A stretch of DNA of 64,000 nt from Lingula anatina (GCA_051362555.1 CM120641.1:39066401-39130400); one strand, 5' to 3'; positions 1 through 32,408 are shown, counted from the first letter of the stretch. The notes: a model not told the origin generated them from the letters alone. Program-made: numbers and translations.

Positions 1-2490
1 ACGATGCTTTGAAGCAAGATAGCGAAAAAGATCTAGAACACTCCAGATCAAACTCTGTACAGGTATTTTGTCCCACAAATTAGTTTAGAATCACCAACAT
101 ATTGCTTCCGAAATACATTTAAATGCACGTTTACTAGCCATGACATACAACCCCTGGTGGTGATGCCCCCTTATCAGCAACCATTATCCACTTGTAGGAA
201 AATTATGGCGGTGAACATCACACAGCAAAGGCGCATGAATAGAACTTCTCTTCCTTTCTTTCTCACACATGCATGTTTGCATGCATGCACTCACAGCTTT
301 TTTCGAACGCATCGGTATCAATACTTGTTTCAGTCATCAAATGAGTTGGCTACTTGTCTTCTCACTCTACTCCTCTTAAGAAACTCATTGGTGCATGTGC
401 TAGATGAACACAATCATGATGTTTCATCTTTTTGTATGGTTCCAATTGGCATATGCTGTTGGGCTAGGATATTGTTTCTGTTCTAAATTTCTAAGATATA
501 AATGTACGATATGCGAATACAATTGGAAAATCATGATGAACTTATTAGGATGTATAAAAATTTAGAAAGATCAACTGCACTTAAATAATGCACTTCTGTT
601 CACAACCAATATGCAAAAGGAAACTGGGTTAATCAAATTACAAAGCAAAAAAAAAAAAAAAAAAATCTTGCTACACCTACAAATCTAGACTTAATTCTAC
701 TAGTTTCAAGACTGAATTGCACCTTGGTATTGGCTGCATCAAATTATGAATAAAGGGCCATATCTATACAACAATGCATAATTTTGTTCTCTCAAACTGG
801 TGTAATGATGTTTGTAAAGATTAGAAAAATAAATGCCTTTATGTACACAACATTGACTTCTGATGACAAGAATACATACAGAACATGGAAATAATGGCAC
901 AAAACCATGATGAAAATGCGAAAATATCTGAATGTTTTCCCAAGAGATCGGAAAATTAATCATGCATATGTCCATTTCTTATACATATATATTGGATGGA
1001 CAGTACAAAAAATGACATGCCACAGGAATATAAGTGACAGATGATAATGAAACAAGCAACATGCTGCATTTATAACAAAATGTTCAACAAAATTGTCTAG
1101 GATGTCTGCAGTATGGTGTGTACATCTGCCTGCTGCCCCCATGTTCATTGCATAAAACATTGGCCAAGCTAGAATGCTGACATGCTACTAAGTAAGTTAA
1201 CCAGGCCTCAGCTGTGTTCCTATGTGCTCAGACTACTATGCAAGTGTATCCAGTACAGCAACTCAACTACAACTGAGACATAAAGACATAGTCAGCTGGT
1301 GCTTTTCCTATCCCTCCCAACCAACAGCCTGCTCATTAACATGAACAGCCTCAGCTTAGAGGTGGAAAGAAAACTTTTTTTCTGCAAACTGATTTATAAG
1401 TAATGGAATATCACCACATTGCCAACAGCTAGCAAAACAGCAGCTATCTTCATGCAACAAATTGTTCGCTCCAATATGTATTGTAGCTAGGCATTTAGAG
1501 ACGGTACAGACTACAGTGCACACAGAGCAATTCTGAAATCAATCTGCAGCAGCCTCTTGAGGTTCCCTGGGACTTGTTCCTATTGCAAAAATCCAGTTAA
1601 TTTCTTCCAAATGGCTGCCTTAACAATCCCCACCATACAATTAAGGCACATAAAGGACTCAGTCAAAATATGACTATTCAAATTTTGTAAGTGTGCAACT
1701 GTGTCTCTGGGGATCCACCATACTCCATGACACTCAAGAATTCCATTGAAACAAGAATTAGACCAAATAACAAGTAATATGAACAACAGACAGTCAACAT
1801 ATATGAGCAACTTAATAATAATAATAATAATAAAATGACAAGCAGAGATGACAGTCATGTATATAAATGTGTATACGTGTGTGTATATGTATGTGTATAT
1901 TTATGTATATATATTAGACTATATACCATGGTCATAGCATTTAACATTAACAATACATCAGATCTTGTATGTATACAATAATCAAGATCTTGTGCTTACA
2001 TCAACAAGACGCCTCAGTGGTCTGTGGATATAATCCTTTACACATTTAAGTATAAATTCATAATAAGCCCACATGGAAGGGACACTGAATGTTGTCACAA
2101 TATCCCCAATTATAAATGGGTGAAAATCATTTTAAGTGCTGCCATTGAAACATTTTCATCACTAAGGTCCATTGATCAATAAGTCTTACCCATCAGTGAT
2201 GCAACGCCAATTGTATATACAACAAAGCATCTCTGATGCCTAAAAAGTGTTCTCTTGATCCTTTTGGTCTTTTCCTCACTTTATTTGCATGATGCTGATT
2301 ATATGAAAGACGTGAGGTAGTCCACAGTTGATAAATTGTGAAAATTAGAGATTGGTCTTCTTGCAGTGACGCTAAGGCCACCATTATGCGTTTTGTCAAC
2401 AGTGGCACTTGGATCTGCTTGCATGAGCGTGCATGCATGTAGATGTTCCTGCTCCTTATACAGTCTTGAGCTGCCGAGGCACCTAGGTTG

Positions 2491-19607
<17,117 letters not shown>

Positions 19608-19859
19608 TTTGCCAGGATGGGGAATCACCAAATCCGCCAGGAACAAAGTCCAGAGTGTAAAGTCGTACTAGAAATCATGCAGTTAAGTTTTCTACGTCTC
19701 TGAGCTACAGTAAGGAAGCTGCTCTCTTACAACATAGACTGTCATGAAGCTCTCATGACTGGCCTATATTGACAGCAAAACATGGATGTGAAATGTATTT
19801 GGGACGCCAGTTATCGCAGCCATTCAGAACTTAGCTAACAAACGAAAAATATGCATAGA

Positions 19860-20030
19860 ATTTTCTACGACCAATCATGTACGGTGTCTTTCAAAGATTC
19901 TCAAGCTCTGATTGGTTGGCAGTTACTCAGGTATTTGCCATGAAAGGCAATCCGTATGTAAATAAGCCGGTGTTGCTAAAAATAGTTTGGTATAAAAGCA
20001 GCAGCGTGCTCAAATCGACTTCCTGTGTTG
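19860..20030. promoter_or_regulatory. KLF6/7 proximal promoter region
   Basis: CpG-richer stretch upstream of the ATG, with opposed CCAAT boxes (19871, 19911), TATAAAA on + (19991-19997) and ETS-like ACTTCCTG (20018-20025). Confidence 0.45.
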
Positions 20031-22109
20031 GAAAATATGACTCACGGAGAACAACTTCAAGAACTACATGGTATCTAGGGGAAAACAATACATGTAAGCA
20101 TTGAGGATTTAGTTACGTGCTGAACAATTTATTTTTGCGTGATCTGATCGGGATCACGGGTTTGAGATTTCGCAACAGTCTTTATTATTAGTTTGAATCA
20201 TCAAATTAAACATTCATTAATCCAGGCCAGTACCGAGATGGCCTAGAATTTACTATAACTTTGCACCCGTATCTCTGGCAAATTTAGTATTAATTGCACA
20301 GTGCAGCTAAAACTGGATTTCAGTCGGTGCACTACTGATAATAAATTTACGATATCATATGAAGTATATATTAACGTGAGGTCGTGATTAAGGTTTGGTA
20401 ATCTCGGCTTTTGAGTGGCCACTTATACAAGGTAGTAATTAGAAATGTTAGAACGTACACAGACGTCAACGTGTAACGCGAATTAAAAAAATCTATAAAA
20501 ATTCTCCACAGTTGTGTCTATTTGAAATTGTTTTTCTTTCTTTCTTTCTTTCTCTTTTTATTTGAATACCCTGTAGCAGTGTAACACGTCCTTTCCATCA
20601 ACCCTACTTCTGCTAATTAACACATCTGTAAAAATACAAAAAATTACCTTTTAAAGCAATTCTACAAAATGTTTGTATACACATACGCATCTTAAAAGGA
20701 ACAAACTAATTTGTATGACTTACCTTTTTGATTCCTTATCCACATTCTAACATTGAAAAATTATTCTTAAGAAATCTCACAGATTTCCCTATACAAACTT
20801 GACCTATCTAAAATGCATATTTTAATGCACAGGCTTACACCATTTAGTAAAGATTGCTGTTGGTCACTGTATTTTAAATATTTTTAGTATCCATGTATGT
20901 ATTCATTTCATAATATGTATAATAGTAATGCATTCATACAGTTCACTTTGAAATTGCAATAGATATACATGTACTTGAAGCAGATTGTTTTAGTTTTCAA
21001 AATGAGATTAATACTTAGAAAAAATAAAGAAAATACTGGAAAATCTATTTATAAAACCGCTTTGCCAAAGCACCATCATTTTTTCCTCTGCAGAATGTTG
21101 GATGCATTGCAAATGTAGGTCACAAAGCTGGTGATGTGTTATACCTGCGTACCTGAACTGAAAAAAGTCACTAATTAAGCCCTTGAGAGTCACTGTGTTA
21201 GAAAACAAAGATTTATCATGGTTCTCCAAAGGGAACACTTGCGAAAACTTTGCAAGAAGGGTACCCGTTTGTTCTGAACATTGGTGGGATGGATGGAGCT
21301 ACAGGGCAGGGCCTGGGTTAACCATTTCACTTCTAACCCAACAACCCCTTTGATGTTTTTTGGATGAGAGAGAGAGAGAGAGAATGAATACATGTATTTT
21401 TTTCACTGTATATAAGGCCTTTGGCCTTTCTACAATAATTTGATAATCATTGCACATTACAATGTACATCTTCCTTGTCCATTTCTTATTACAACTTTCT
21501 TATTTCTGCTTTTGTCAAATAATTAGAAATTTCTCTTAACACTCGAATGAATGAATGAATGAAACAATATTTTAATGAAACAAAACATTCATTTTGTTTT
21601 TCCACAGTATGTATTTTGATTGCTAGCTTTTATCTTTAATGATGAAATTATTTGAGAAAACAAAGTACAAATGAATTAAATATTTCATTAATTATTTCAT
21701 TAATTAGTCCAGCAAGTTTGACTGGTACTGCTAAAAAAAGCTTTTGCAAGATAAACAATAGCCTTCATGCATTTGCAGAAAAGTTCCAGTGCCATAACAA
21801 CAATATCCCACACACTTCAACCAGACATCTTTAAACAGATACAAGATTATTAATTGTAATCACAATGACATTTCTAATGCAACATTATCTTATAATCAAA
21901 CACTACTTTTTTTCGGTCCTAGGATCTTCTTCTCAGGCATCTGAGTTATTTCACCAAAGAATTTTAATCCAACAGTTGATTTAAACTTTTTAGACAAACA
22001 ATTTGGTTGATTTCAAGAAAAAGTCACATAAATAAGTTTTGATCTGAAACATTAGCAGTGTCTTCCTTGTTATTAAACGGGTGCAATATATCATTTTTAC
22101 AAGACTAAA

Positions 22110-22389
22110 GCCTGTTTCACAAAAGTACTTTAGCCTGAAAATTGGTCTAAAATTTAAATTCAGACACACTGTACTTTAATCCAGATAAGTCATTGGTAGT
22201 CCATTAAGATGATATATTGTGCCCCTTTTCATAAAAGGAAAGACATGTGGCTTGTTTCAGGTCAAAACCTTATTATTTAAAAGGACTACTACTAATTTGA
22301 GTTTATCCTGCACTGAAGTAGACTGAAATTTTGTTCTAAAAGTGTAGAGCAATTTTCTGGTTTAAATTCTTTTGCATAACGGGCCCCTG
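22110..22389. repeat. Decayed MITE-like inverted repeat
   Basis: GCCTGTTTCACAAAAGTACTTTAGCCTGAAAATT is loosely complementary to AATTTTCTGGTTTAAATTCTTTTGCATAACGGGC. No clear TSD. Confidence 0.35.
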
Positions 22390-25300
22390 GTGTCTTGGTT
22401 ATGGGAATCATTTTCTCTTGTTGCCAGCCTTTTCGCAGGACGGTGAGAAGTAACAAAAACTGGCTAGATGCATAGGTCTGTGACAAGGATAGGCACTTGA
22501 CATGGTTACCCATACAATTTGCACTTGTAATAATTGTCATGAAATGTATCATTAGAAGAGAAATTGAGATGCTTTATTGTCCAAAGTGGTACTGGAATTC
22601 TGCTAGGCATTGAGAGTATTTTGTAGCATTTCTTCAGTTTCTTTTCATTGTGCACCTTTTCAAGCTTAGTCTCTGTAATTATTTTAAGTGCTGTCTACTT
22701 GCTGACCTTTTCTGAAATGACAAAATGGACACAGATGAGTAATTGACATTTATTCTTCTGATTTTGAGAGCTCACTGTGTAAAAATATATCTTTCTAAAT
22801 ATTTTTTCAACAAAAATTCAACAAAAGTTCTTAATGACCAATAGTTTCCTGAGCTTCGGGGCTGATCCATGCAGCTTCTTCAAAGTTCCAAATGTCCATA
22901 CTAATTGGACTCTGTTCTTCAGCAGCAAGTTTGATTGAAGTTTCTCATTCCAATCACAAACGCCTATCTAGTTATCTGGATTTCAGGGTTCCATGGAAGG
23001 GTATGGGACACAATTAATTGACCTGTGATTGGTGTGGTAAACTCCAATCTAATGCAACTATATTTTAGATGCAACAAGTTGGTGTATATGGAAATTTGAA
23101 AATGAAGAAGCTGGTTCATCTATGCTCTTAAACTCAAACTAGCAGTATTTTCTGTTAGCACACAACTCGGTTATGGTAATAATGCAAAAAGTATTATTAT
23201 GTTTGGACTAATGTTAAATAGACTATGATATTACATAATCATAAATTTTCCTGTTCAATTTGAAGGTCCCTTCATGTCAAATGCATTTAGCATACAGTAA
23301 TGGCCTCAGCCTAAAAATTGATTGAAAATGCCAGGAATGTATAAATAACCATTCACTTGAAATAAGACATGTAATGTGTAAAGTGAAGAAAATCGGTAAT
23401 AAGGTAAATTTTTTTCAAGGCATTCCTGTCTTTGAAACTGGGGTGACTAGGGTTAATATCAAAAAAATTTTCTAGCTGTGCAAAAAAAGAAAAAAATAAA
23501 TTTTTCAAAATTCTCCATGCCTGAGTAGAATTTGAAATTTAAGGGAACTGGCTAACATTTGTTAAGAATAAAGTGCACTCTGTGCCCTACCAAGCACTTA
23601 GCCTTTCATTCTATCAAAAAATGTAACTACATAGTGCCATGTAATTTTCTGGCATTACACAACAGTCCAAAAGCCCTTCAAGACGGGATACTTTTGTTCA
23701 AACGGAAGCTAGCAGTCTGAGAGGTTAGATCTGACCTGGTCAAATATTTGTCCCCTTTCTAATATTAGTGACAAGAGGGAGATCAGATTGCATTGGACAG
23801 GAAAATAAAACTGTGGACCAATGAGGAGACAATATGAAAGGACAGAAAAAAATGTGTAGTGGACGCCCAAGTCAAAGCTTTCCACTCTGTCCTTGGAAAC
23901 ACGATATCCACTTTGAAGTTGAAGGAGTGGGCTAGAGGGATGATTCTGTTGTCCTGCAGGATTAGTCTACAGCTCCAAACCTGAGACTGAGACAACAAAT
24001 GTGAACCTAAATGTAGTAATGAAGCGCGGATGTTGCAGACAAAAGACTCGGAAACTAAGTACACACTGTGAGTTTCAGTGAAGTTTGTGTATATCAGAAA
24101 AGGGGCTGAGCACAGGGAAGCAAACAGTGAAAGGAATCCTGTAGCAGAGAATTAGGATGTTATACAATGATAAACCCTTGAAAATGAGTCTACTGTGTAT
24201 CCTAATCATACTATTTTAAAAGTTAAATCCAGTACCCAAACAGACGCTATGTTCTGTGATGCAACAGGACATCGCTGTACACCACTCCTAAAAGGACGAC
24301 TTAAATTCTTATACTTCACGCATGTGAAGGGACATCTAGTGGGGAACTTGAATGCAACCATAAGAATAAATGAAAACATTGTAGTACATGCAGTGAGGGG
24401 GTTTTCAAATGAGTAGTGATTTACGGGCCTGTAAAAACTGTGATAAGAATCTTTTTAAAACTCTATGTCTGAAAAGTTGAGGTTCTTTGTTAATGATAAC
24501 ATGCATGATTCTCACCATGCTGGATAAGTGGTGTTGAACTATGAAATAAATGTAACCATTGTTTTTTTTTTTTTTTTGTGTGTGTGTTTGTGTGTGCATA
24601 TGTTAATCCAGATCTTGACTGCAACTGATAACAGTTACATCAATAAATAAATAAATAAATAAATAAAAATCCTGCCCTGTGCAATGCAACAAATGAGATG
24701 CAGAAGGATGTGCGCTTTTGTGTATGTAGAATAAGGGAATCAATTGTTTGTGAGTAGTAAATAAAGACAGATATCATACCTACAATAACTTTTAAATGAA
24801 AATAAAGAAATGAAAGTCACACTTGCACAAACACACAACATTGGTTTCATTCTGCATCAATTGCTACACTGTTAACCAGTATCTATTTTGGATGAATAAA
24901 CCTCATTTAGTCCTGTCACTTCTTTGATTATTGATTTCAAAAGTATAACTATTGAGCATTAAGCATTTGAAAATGTGTGACGTGTCTTCAAAGCAGTGCT
25001 GAACATTGAAGCAGTGGTAACACTAAACAAATTAAAAGTATTATATGTGGAAATTTCCTGCCAAATAAAGATTTAATCTAAAAAAAGGGACTTTTTCTGA
25101 CTACCAAACTGTTGCTCAACTCATCCCTGTATTTAAAATCAATGTCTTTAACCATTACTTAATTAAGTAATTAAGTCCTTAATGGCGGGCAAGTTATTTA
25201 GAATGCCATGTCTTCTTGTACATTTGAGAAGGAAATATAAATATCGGGTACTTTTATTTGAAGGGTCTTCTCATTTTGAGGCCTGAATTAGGAAAGATAA

Positions 25301-25879
25301 TTAGAAGCTGTGCAGGAAATGCAAAATATGACTTGGAGACATTTTCAAACACAGAGTGTACCTTTAAGAGTTATAATTGCTGAGGACAGTGACATGTCCA
25401 TGATATTCAGGAGAGGGAGGGGAGGGCAAATTTGTTTTACATTTATGAATTGGTAATGAATTATTAAATGTAAACTAATTTTGTATTTTTAAAATCGTTA
25501 AATTTTACAGAGAAAATTATGAACACAACTCCTGAAAGAAATATTCTTCAGATATACTTGATGGGACTCAGTGGGGAGCTTGACAAAACCATAAGAATAA
25601 AAGAAATTTATTCAATGTTCAGGTTTTAAAATGAAAAGAGATGTATCTACAGCTTCAACTCTCTCCCAAATGAAGTAGTATTATCTTGAAAGTAATATGG
25701 CAGGAAATGTTACAGGGTTGTTGTATGTGCCAAATTAAGGTTATTTCATTCACTGCGCATTTTACCAGGGGGGTAACAGAGCATACTGGCTATTCTACCA
25801 TCTCCTGAGGCTAGGATGGAAGACACTCTAACCTTTCAGTTTTCCTAGGTTGTTCCTAGATTTTCAAGTTATGGAATTA

Positions 25880-26104
25880 GACCTCATTCCCATAGATTTT
25901 AAATCGATCTATTCCTGTGGGGAGTCTCACTAGATTACTGTCAGCTTAACAGGCTTAAGCGTCTGTCCCGCCTACTAAAAGCTGTAAGGGGGTAATTAAC
26001 TATGGTGCGTGCTCGGCTGACTGCAATTTAGTGTGAACCCCTAGGAAGTTAGGTCGATCTAAATCTAAAATTCTGGATCGATCTAAATCTCTGGGAATGC
26101 ACCC
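25880..26104. mobile_element. Decayed PIF/Harbinger-like MITE
   Basis: Inverted arms CATTCCCA.AGATTT..ATCGATC; right end ...GAATGCACCC followed by TTA, with TTA before a degenerate left end. Confidence 0.45.
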
Positions 26105-29100
26105 TTAGTCCAATGCCTGGTGTGAATACCCATTTGAACATACTTTAAATTATGCCCCCTCGTAACTTGGGCAAGCAACTATGTACTTGGGCAAAGGCAG
26201 GAAAACTTTGTGGCCCATGATGTTGTTCTTGTTGCTTTGCGAGGGGGTGTGCGAGACAATTAAACTGATTACATTGACTGCGCCTTAGCGAGAATGGCTG
26301 CTGAGATAGATCAGTCTTGCCAGTAAGGTAACTTCTATTCTGAACACAGCCTAAGGGTACAGCTTTCAGCCCTGCATTGCAACTGTCATTTTTATAAATT
26401 ACAGGAGTGAATTGGATAATCTGAATTGACTTCATTTTGTTTTTTAATGATAATTGGTCACATTTTTAGATGTCAAAAGTACAGGAAAGCCATGTATCAA
26501 ACACATTAATGCTGCAGGTGATCTATCAGTATTTTGTTACTGAAGACACGCTCTATTGCATGTTGTGCTAGAAACCACCTGATCCAAATGATGTTGACTT
26601 TGTAGATTCTGTAAAACATATCCTGTCTGCCCTGGCATGGAGGGGGGAAAAGATACTAACCAAGGGGCATATCCTTGAAACTAGATATCTGTCTCATCTT
26701 TCACAAGTGACAGTATTACAGTGGATTATCTGCATACCAAACAGCTTATCAAATCTCATCTCTTTTTTGCTGTTTCACTTGATGGATCACTGCTTCAGAT
26801 GCTGGGTGGTCTTTGCAAATTTGATTTTTTCCTGGGAAGCTGTATCTACTGACATAGAAACCCATTATCAGTTATTCTTCCAAATATATTGTTTTTATAT
26901 TTTTGGTTAAAGATGCTTGTGCAAATTCTAAATATCTGGTACATTTTACTTCAATTTCAATGAAAGGAACCTCAGTTAAAATTCCAATATATTGCGAATG
27001 CAGCATTTTACCAATGGGAATGGGGCACGCACAGGGCTTAATATTTTGTGTGCATCTGCATGCAAGAAAAGTCAAACATGCTCTTTCCCTTTGGGTCATG
27101 TGTTTAGTTATCTAACATATCTGGAAACAATATTGATTAAACAACTTAATATATCATTTTGTCTGTCAATAACTGGCACTTCCTGTTGACATTTATAACA
27201 TGATTTAAATTGCTTCAATGCAAATGACACCAAACATGGTGCGACTTTGGCACTTTTTGCATTTATTTTTAATAGTGCAATTTATAATCAAGGGCCATAA
27301 TCAAAACTAATGAAAACTAGGGAAAATGCTGTTATTGCTTCTGGCAGTCATCTGAGTATGTTTATAGTAATTGCAGGAATTTTTTCAAAAGAAAAATTTG
27401 ATTTGGTGGGGGAAATCCTGGAAAGGACATGTTGAATCATTAAGCAAGTATAGATGTACAGACAAGTTAACTGGAACATAAAATGATTCTTGTTAACTTA
27501 AACAGCTTGTAGTTGAAAATGTTTTATTTGCCCAAGCCTTGTTCAATACACAGGATCTTCCTTATGGGTTGTGGTAAATGCTAAATGCTATCCTTTTTAT
27601 TTGCAATATGTTGATGGCAACACATTTAAATGTATAAATATTTGGCAAAAGTTATTGCACCTGGTAAAATGATGACATTGTTCTTTGTAAAATATTTACT
27701 ATTATTTTCCTTTTATTTTTTCAAAGTCTAGAATTCAAATTTAGGTTGGAAGACATGTCTGTCCAGGGTGGTTCAAAGGAAGGTCACATCAGTTTGTCTA
27801 CAGTAAACATACATTCACTTCACTTCCTTTTAAACTATTGGATATAAATCCCATTAAAATTTGTTCAAAGCTTCTAACTGAGATCCTACCCAAACACTGC
27901 TCAGCTTTCCATCAATATTGACAGAAGATTAGGGGGCTGTGCACAGTAGACCAACAGGTAAAATATCAACAACAATCAAAAGAAAACTTCCATTTTGACT
28001 TAAGGGAGGGTCCAAACAAAACATGCGTCTCATTGAGTAGATTGACCATAAAGTATAATTGTTATATGGCTTTCTATTTTCTTTCAAATACATTTGAAGG
28101 CCAAAAAAGGCCCGAGGTGGCGAAAGTGACAAAAAGGCGTGGTTACATAAGCATTAAGAGCGGTATGTAACTGTGATCAAAATGTTACATGTCAGTTTTT
28201 TTTTTTTTTTTTTTTTTTTGCCATTAAAAGCAACATGCACAACATAGTTTAGGCATTGCAAAGAATATTACTCAAAGACAGTCACTTAATAGACTGTAAG
28301 TTAACTTTTGGATTATTATCAAAAGTCGATAACCTTATTAATACATGAAAGAGATGCACTTTAATTGATTTCATCTTTTTAAAATAGCATTGTGTTTGGA
28401 TCACATAACATGCTGTAAGGTGGCTTCCTGAAATATGATCTTGTCCACAAAATTGGTTATACCCCCATCTTGGAAATAGTTACATTTGTTCTATATTGTA
28501 TGTACTTAATTATCACAATAAGCAGTACACATGTATGCTTAGTATTCTTTAAAAATTCATCTGGATAAGGGTGATATAATGTTTTAACATACATATGTCA
28601 AAAATCCAAAAATAAATCAATGTTTGTCATTCAAATTGATATTTTTTTAATGTTTTTATCTTTCATACATTTTCCCTAATTTTTAACTGAAGTAGCTGAA
28701 ATCATCAAGTTCCAGTGCTATCTTTTTTTCTGAAATGTCACCGACCTTTTATGTAGATTTGAATATAGGCAAATGTGGAATTGAATTATAGTGGCTTTCC
28801 TTTTATCTTAATTTAAGAAGAGTTACACAAGTGTCAAATACTTTTCAAATATTGGCCTTGAAATAGTGCTCAAGCAATTTAAATATGCAAAAATTAAAAT
28901 CAGACTAACCATTTCTTTTATGGCTTTTTACATCCATTACAGGGTGTCACACCACATGTCTTTTAACTCATCTTTTGTATCTTGTGTTGTAAAGAATTTC
29001 AAATGTGGGACACCTGTAACCTTAACAATTTATCAACTGTCCTCAAAATAGTGTTACATTTGGATATGTGATACATACATAAACACCATATATATCATAT

Positions 29101-29757
29101 CTTTAGTTTAGCAGTAATGGAATAGGGCTTAGGGGGAGGGGGTGGTGTGGTGTGGTCTTCTTGCCCTTGAAAATAATGGGCCTGAAATAGCGAACAGTAA
29201 AATTTTGCTCATATCAACCCATTTGGAAGGATTTGTCTACTATCCATCCTTTAGTTGTGAAAACTTGTTATGTTCAGAAAGCATAATCTAATCTTGTTTC
29301 ATAGAGTGTGTAGTCACTCAGGACAGTGGTGAGAAACCCCATGGCATTAAAGGTACATACGAACCGAGCATCGGTGGAGCCTGGATTCCAAGTAACACAT
29401 GTAAACCACTTCTACTAGATTCTTATATGACTCAAATAAATTCGACATGCCAAGGGAAAAACTGAATAGATCACTCGATGAGCCATAAAAGACCTTTAGA
29501 CGGCTCCTTTCTTTAAATTTATGGTTGTAAATTTAACCTACTTTCGTGACATACTTTCCTGCCCCATTGACATACAGCTTAGAATGCCATCAGAAAAATC
29601 CGTTCAAACATCATTTTCGGGTAAAATTATACAATGCCTTTTGGTAATTCTCTTAGTTATACTACTTGAAACTATATGCTGGCATTTGGTTGGTTTCTGT
29701 GACAAAAAATTGACTTTGTATGCATCTTTAAGTATCATCTCCCTTGGCATACGTAGA

Positions 29758-30399
29758 GTCAGGCCCCATAAACGATGATTGCTGTTTGCAATCACAAGCC
29801 TCAGATTTGTGCACACAAATGCCCAAATTAAGGACTTGAGCAAAAATTTTAGGGCACGAACTGAAAATCGGTGGCCACGAGCTCTGCATTAAAAACACAA
29901 ACTATTTGACCAACTTTCATCTGGGTCTCTAGCTGTACACAATCGGGTTCTTTTCTCCACGGACTATTTTCAGTATGGGGGATGATACAAGAAACTGTAT
30001 GTTAGAGCTTTCAGAGCTTCCTAGTCGAAATAGAGTGACATGTTCCCCACTTTCTACTTCTTTTACAAAAGAGAAAGGATTTTTGTCCAAGGCCCAATAA
30101 AGTGGCAGAATTTGAGAAGGAGATCCATGTGTTAGTTGCTGCGGTCACTCAAAGCTTGGAAAAATTTAACGAAGGATAAACAAAAGCCTCAAAACGAACC
30201 AAACTGATGTATTTCTATAATTTACTATCCATACCACATAAGAATCCATGAGTAATGAGCTCTTGAAAATCTATGACACATGCAGAACGTACTGTTTATC
30301 TTTACCATGAAATTTTAGTTTGAGAATTTGGGTATTCGTGCTCACAAACCTGAGGCTTGTGTTCATAAACGGCTAACTACGTAGTTTATAAGGCCTGAC
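29758..30399. repeat. Decayed inverted-repeat element (arms about 70 bp)
   Basis: 29758-29829 is an imperfect reverse complement of 30325-30399 (GTCAGGCC..ATAAAC...CACAAGCCTCAG.TTTGTG...CCCAAATT). Exact termini and TSD are unclear. Confidence 0.6.
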
Positions 30400-32408
30400 A
30401 ATGTACCATTACACATCTCATTGCTTTGCAAAGTCTTATCCCTATGAGGATATATATAGCCACTTTAGAAACACTCCCAGTATCCACTGGCAAAACATTT
30501 TTTAACTGATAAGGCTGCACGAAACTTTTCTAGAAGAGAACAACTAAATTGCAGTTCCCCAAGAAGATTTAAAGTTGTAATAGGTAGTATCACATTTTAT
30601 TTTACAGTCATCATCTAACATTAAAAACAAGTCAGGTATACATTAAAATTTCAAATTGCTACCTTTGAAAGGTAAGACATCATCTAGACTATCAGGCTAT
30701 ACAATCTGATCACCTATTATTTTCGTCAGGTTATTCTTTACTTGATGAAAACATAGTCCTGATGACGTTACACTCATATAGGATTTCATTTTTTATGCAG
30801 CTGAATGCGGTATTGAGCCTTGTCACCCATGTTGTACACTAAATTTGATAAGACCAAAATTGTTCATAAAAAGTTTGGAATTATTCCCCAACACAATACA
30901 CATATGTCCCATATGTTTTCCAGTTGAGATTGCAAGCCATGCAGGCAGACTGAAAATCTGCATTATAGCTAGTTTTGGATTTGGGGGCACATGCACGCAC
31001 GCATACACACCAACACAGTTATGTGTGCCCACATTGTAGTTATTATTATTAAGTCCATAACTTATAATTTATATTTTGGTTATATTGGAAATCTGAGCAA
31101 GACCACTGTAATTGCTTTCTGCTATTATATCAATATGTGTATACTATTTAAACTGTATTGTCTTGTCTATTTTTTTTTTTTTTTAGTTGAGTCTTCCTGA
31201 GTTTTATTATTTGTTTGGTTTTGGAGGAGTGTCAAGGACAAAGGGTTAAGTTATTGATACAAAGGTTTTTGAAATCCTAAAAATGTAGAACTGAAAGAGG
31301 GTAAAGGTCTACCTCATTTGTGATATCTGATATAGCATATATATTTTCCCACCTGTGTGGAATGCCTGGTAGGATAAGAAATAATTCACTGGGATTGTTA
31401 GAGTGATACTATAGCAGCAGCGTCCAATTATACTGCCGATAGTGTAGAATGGCAGTGATTGTAAAGAAATGCATTATTAAGCTCACTGTGGTGAGCTAAC
31501 AATGATAAGAATGCTGTGACAAACACATCATTATTCACTTTACTCCCACATGGACTCCATTGACATTTATCTGAGGTCAACAGTAACCTACACACATTTG
31601 AGGAAAACACACCCCGGACATGCTCCACCTTATAACAAACACATTACTTTTTATCTAATTTTGAAATCACTCTGAACAGAACCCATACTGACCATGTTGT
31701 TGGATACCAGGGAAAAGCAAAACAAGACTTATTTTTTTAAGCTTCATATAATAGACCCCCCCTTTCCAAAAAGAATACTGTAGAAGGAGAAAAAAGAAAA
31801 CTAACTCTATATAATTCTTTTTTTTTTTCTGAAAGAAAATAATGATGGACACATTTCATTCATGAGGAAATTGGAAGTGTATACGTAAATCTGTACTTCA
31901 TTCATCTGAAATTCCTATTATTATTATTATCATTAAGAAAAAAGCATCTGATATCAGGCAGTTTGTCTGAGCAAAGAAATAACTTTCTGGCACAAGGATA
32001 GTAAAAAAAGTCGGTGATGAAAATTTTCAGACATTTAATATTTTCTAACAAAAATGAATAATGTTAATTAACATCTGACAAATTTAGCTTGTGAACTTAT
32101 AAACAGAAACGATCATTGTTCTTCAAATAAATTTGGAAAGTAGTTAAAGAGATAGTTGTCATACAAATATCGTGATATCCATCAACAAAATCAATTCATA
32201 CACTCATTGATGTGTAAATAGATGATATTCTTGTACATTGGCCCCATTGTGGTAGTTGAGAAATCTGAATTGGCTTATATTTTACTGAAGACAATGGGAA
32301 AAAAGCAACACTGCTTGTGCCTTTGAAAAGACAAAAAATTTCCTTGTTTGTAGCAATTCTTTTTTACATGCCTGTCTGTCGAATGGTGGATACAACAAAT
32401 ACAATGTT

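Noticed and set aside
24331-24342. CTCF-like motif CCACTAGATGTC (minus strand) between KLF and IKK
   Set aside because: It is a single imperfect match; a similar string occurs in IKK coding sequence, so it is not distinguishable from chance.
27929-28140. Possible transposon termini (ttagggggctgtgcac, ttaagggagggtcc)
   Set aside because: No partner TIR or TSD was found.
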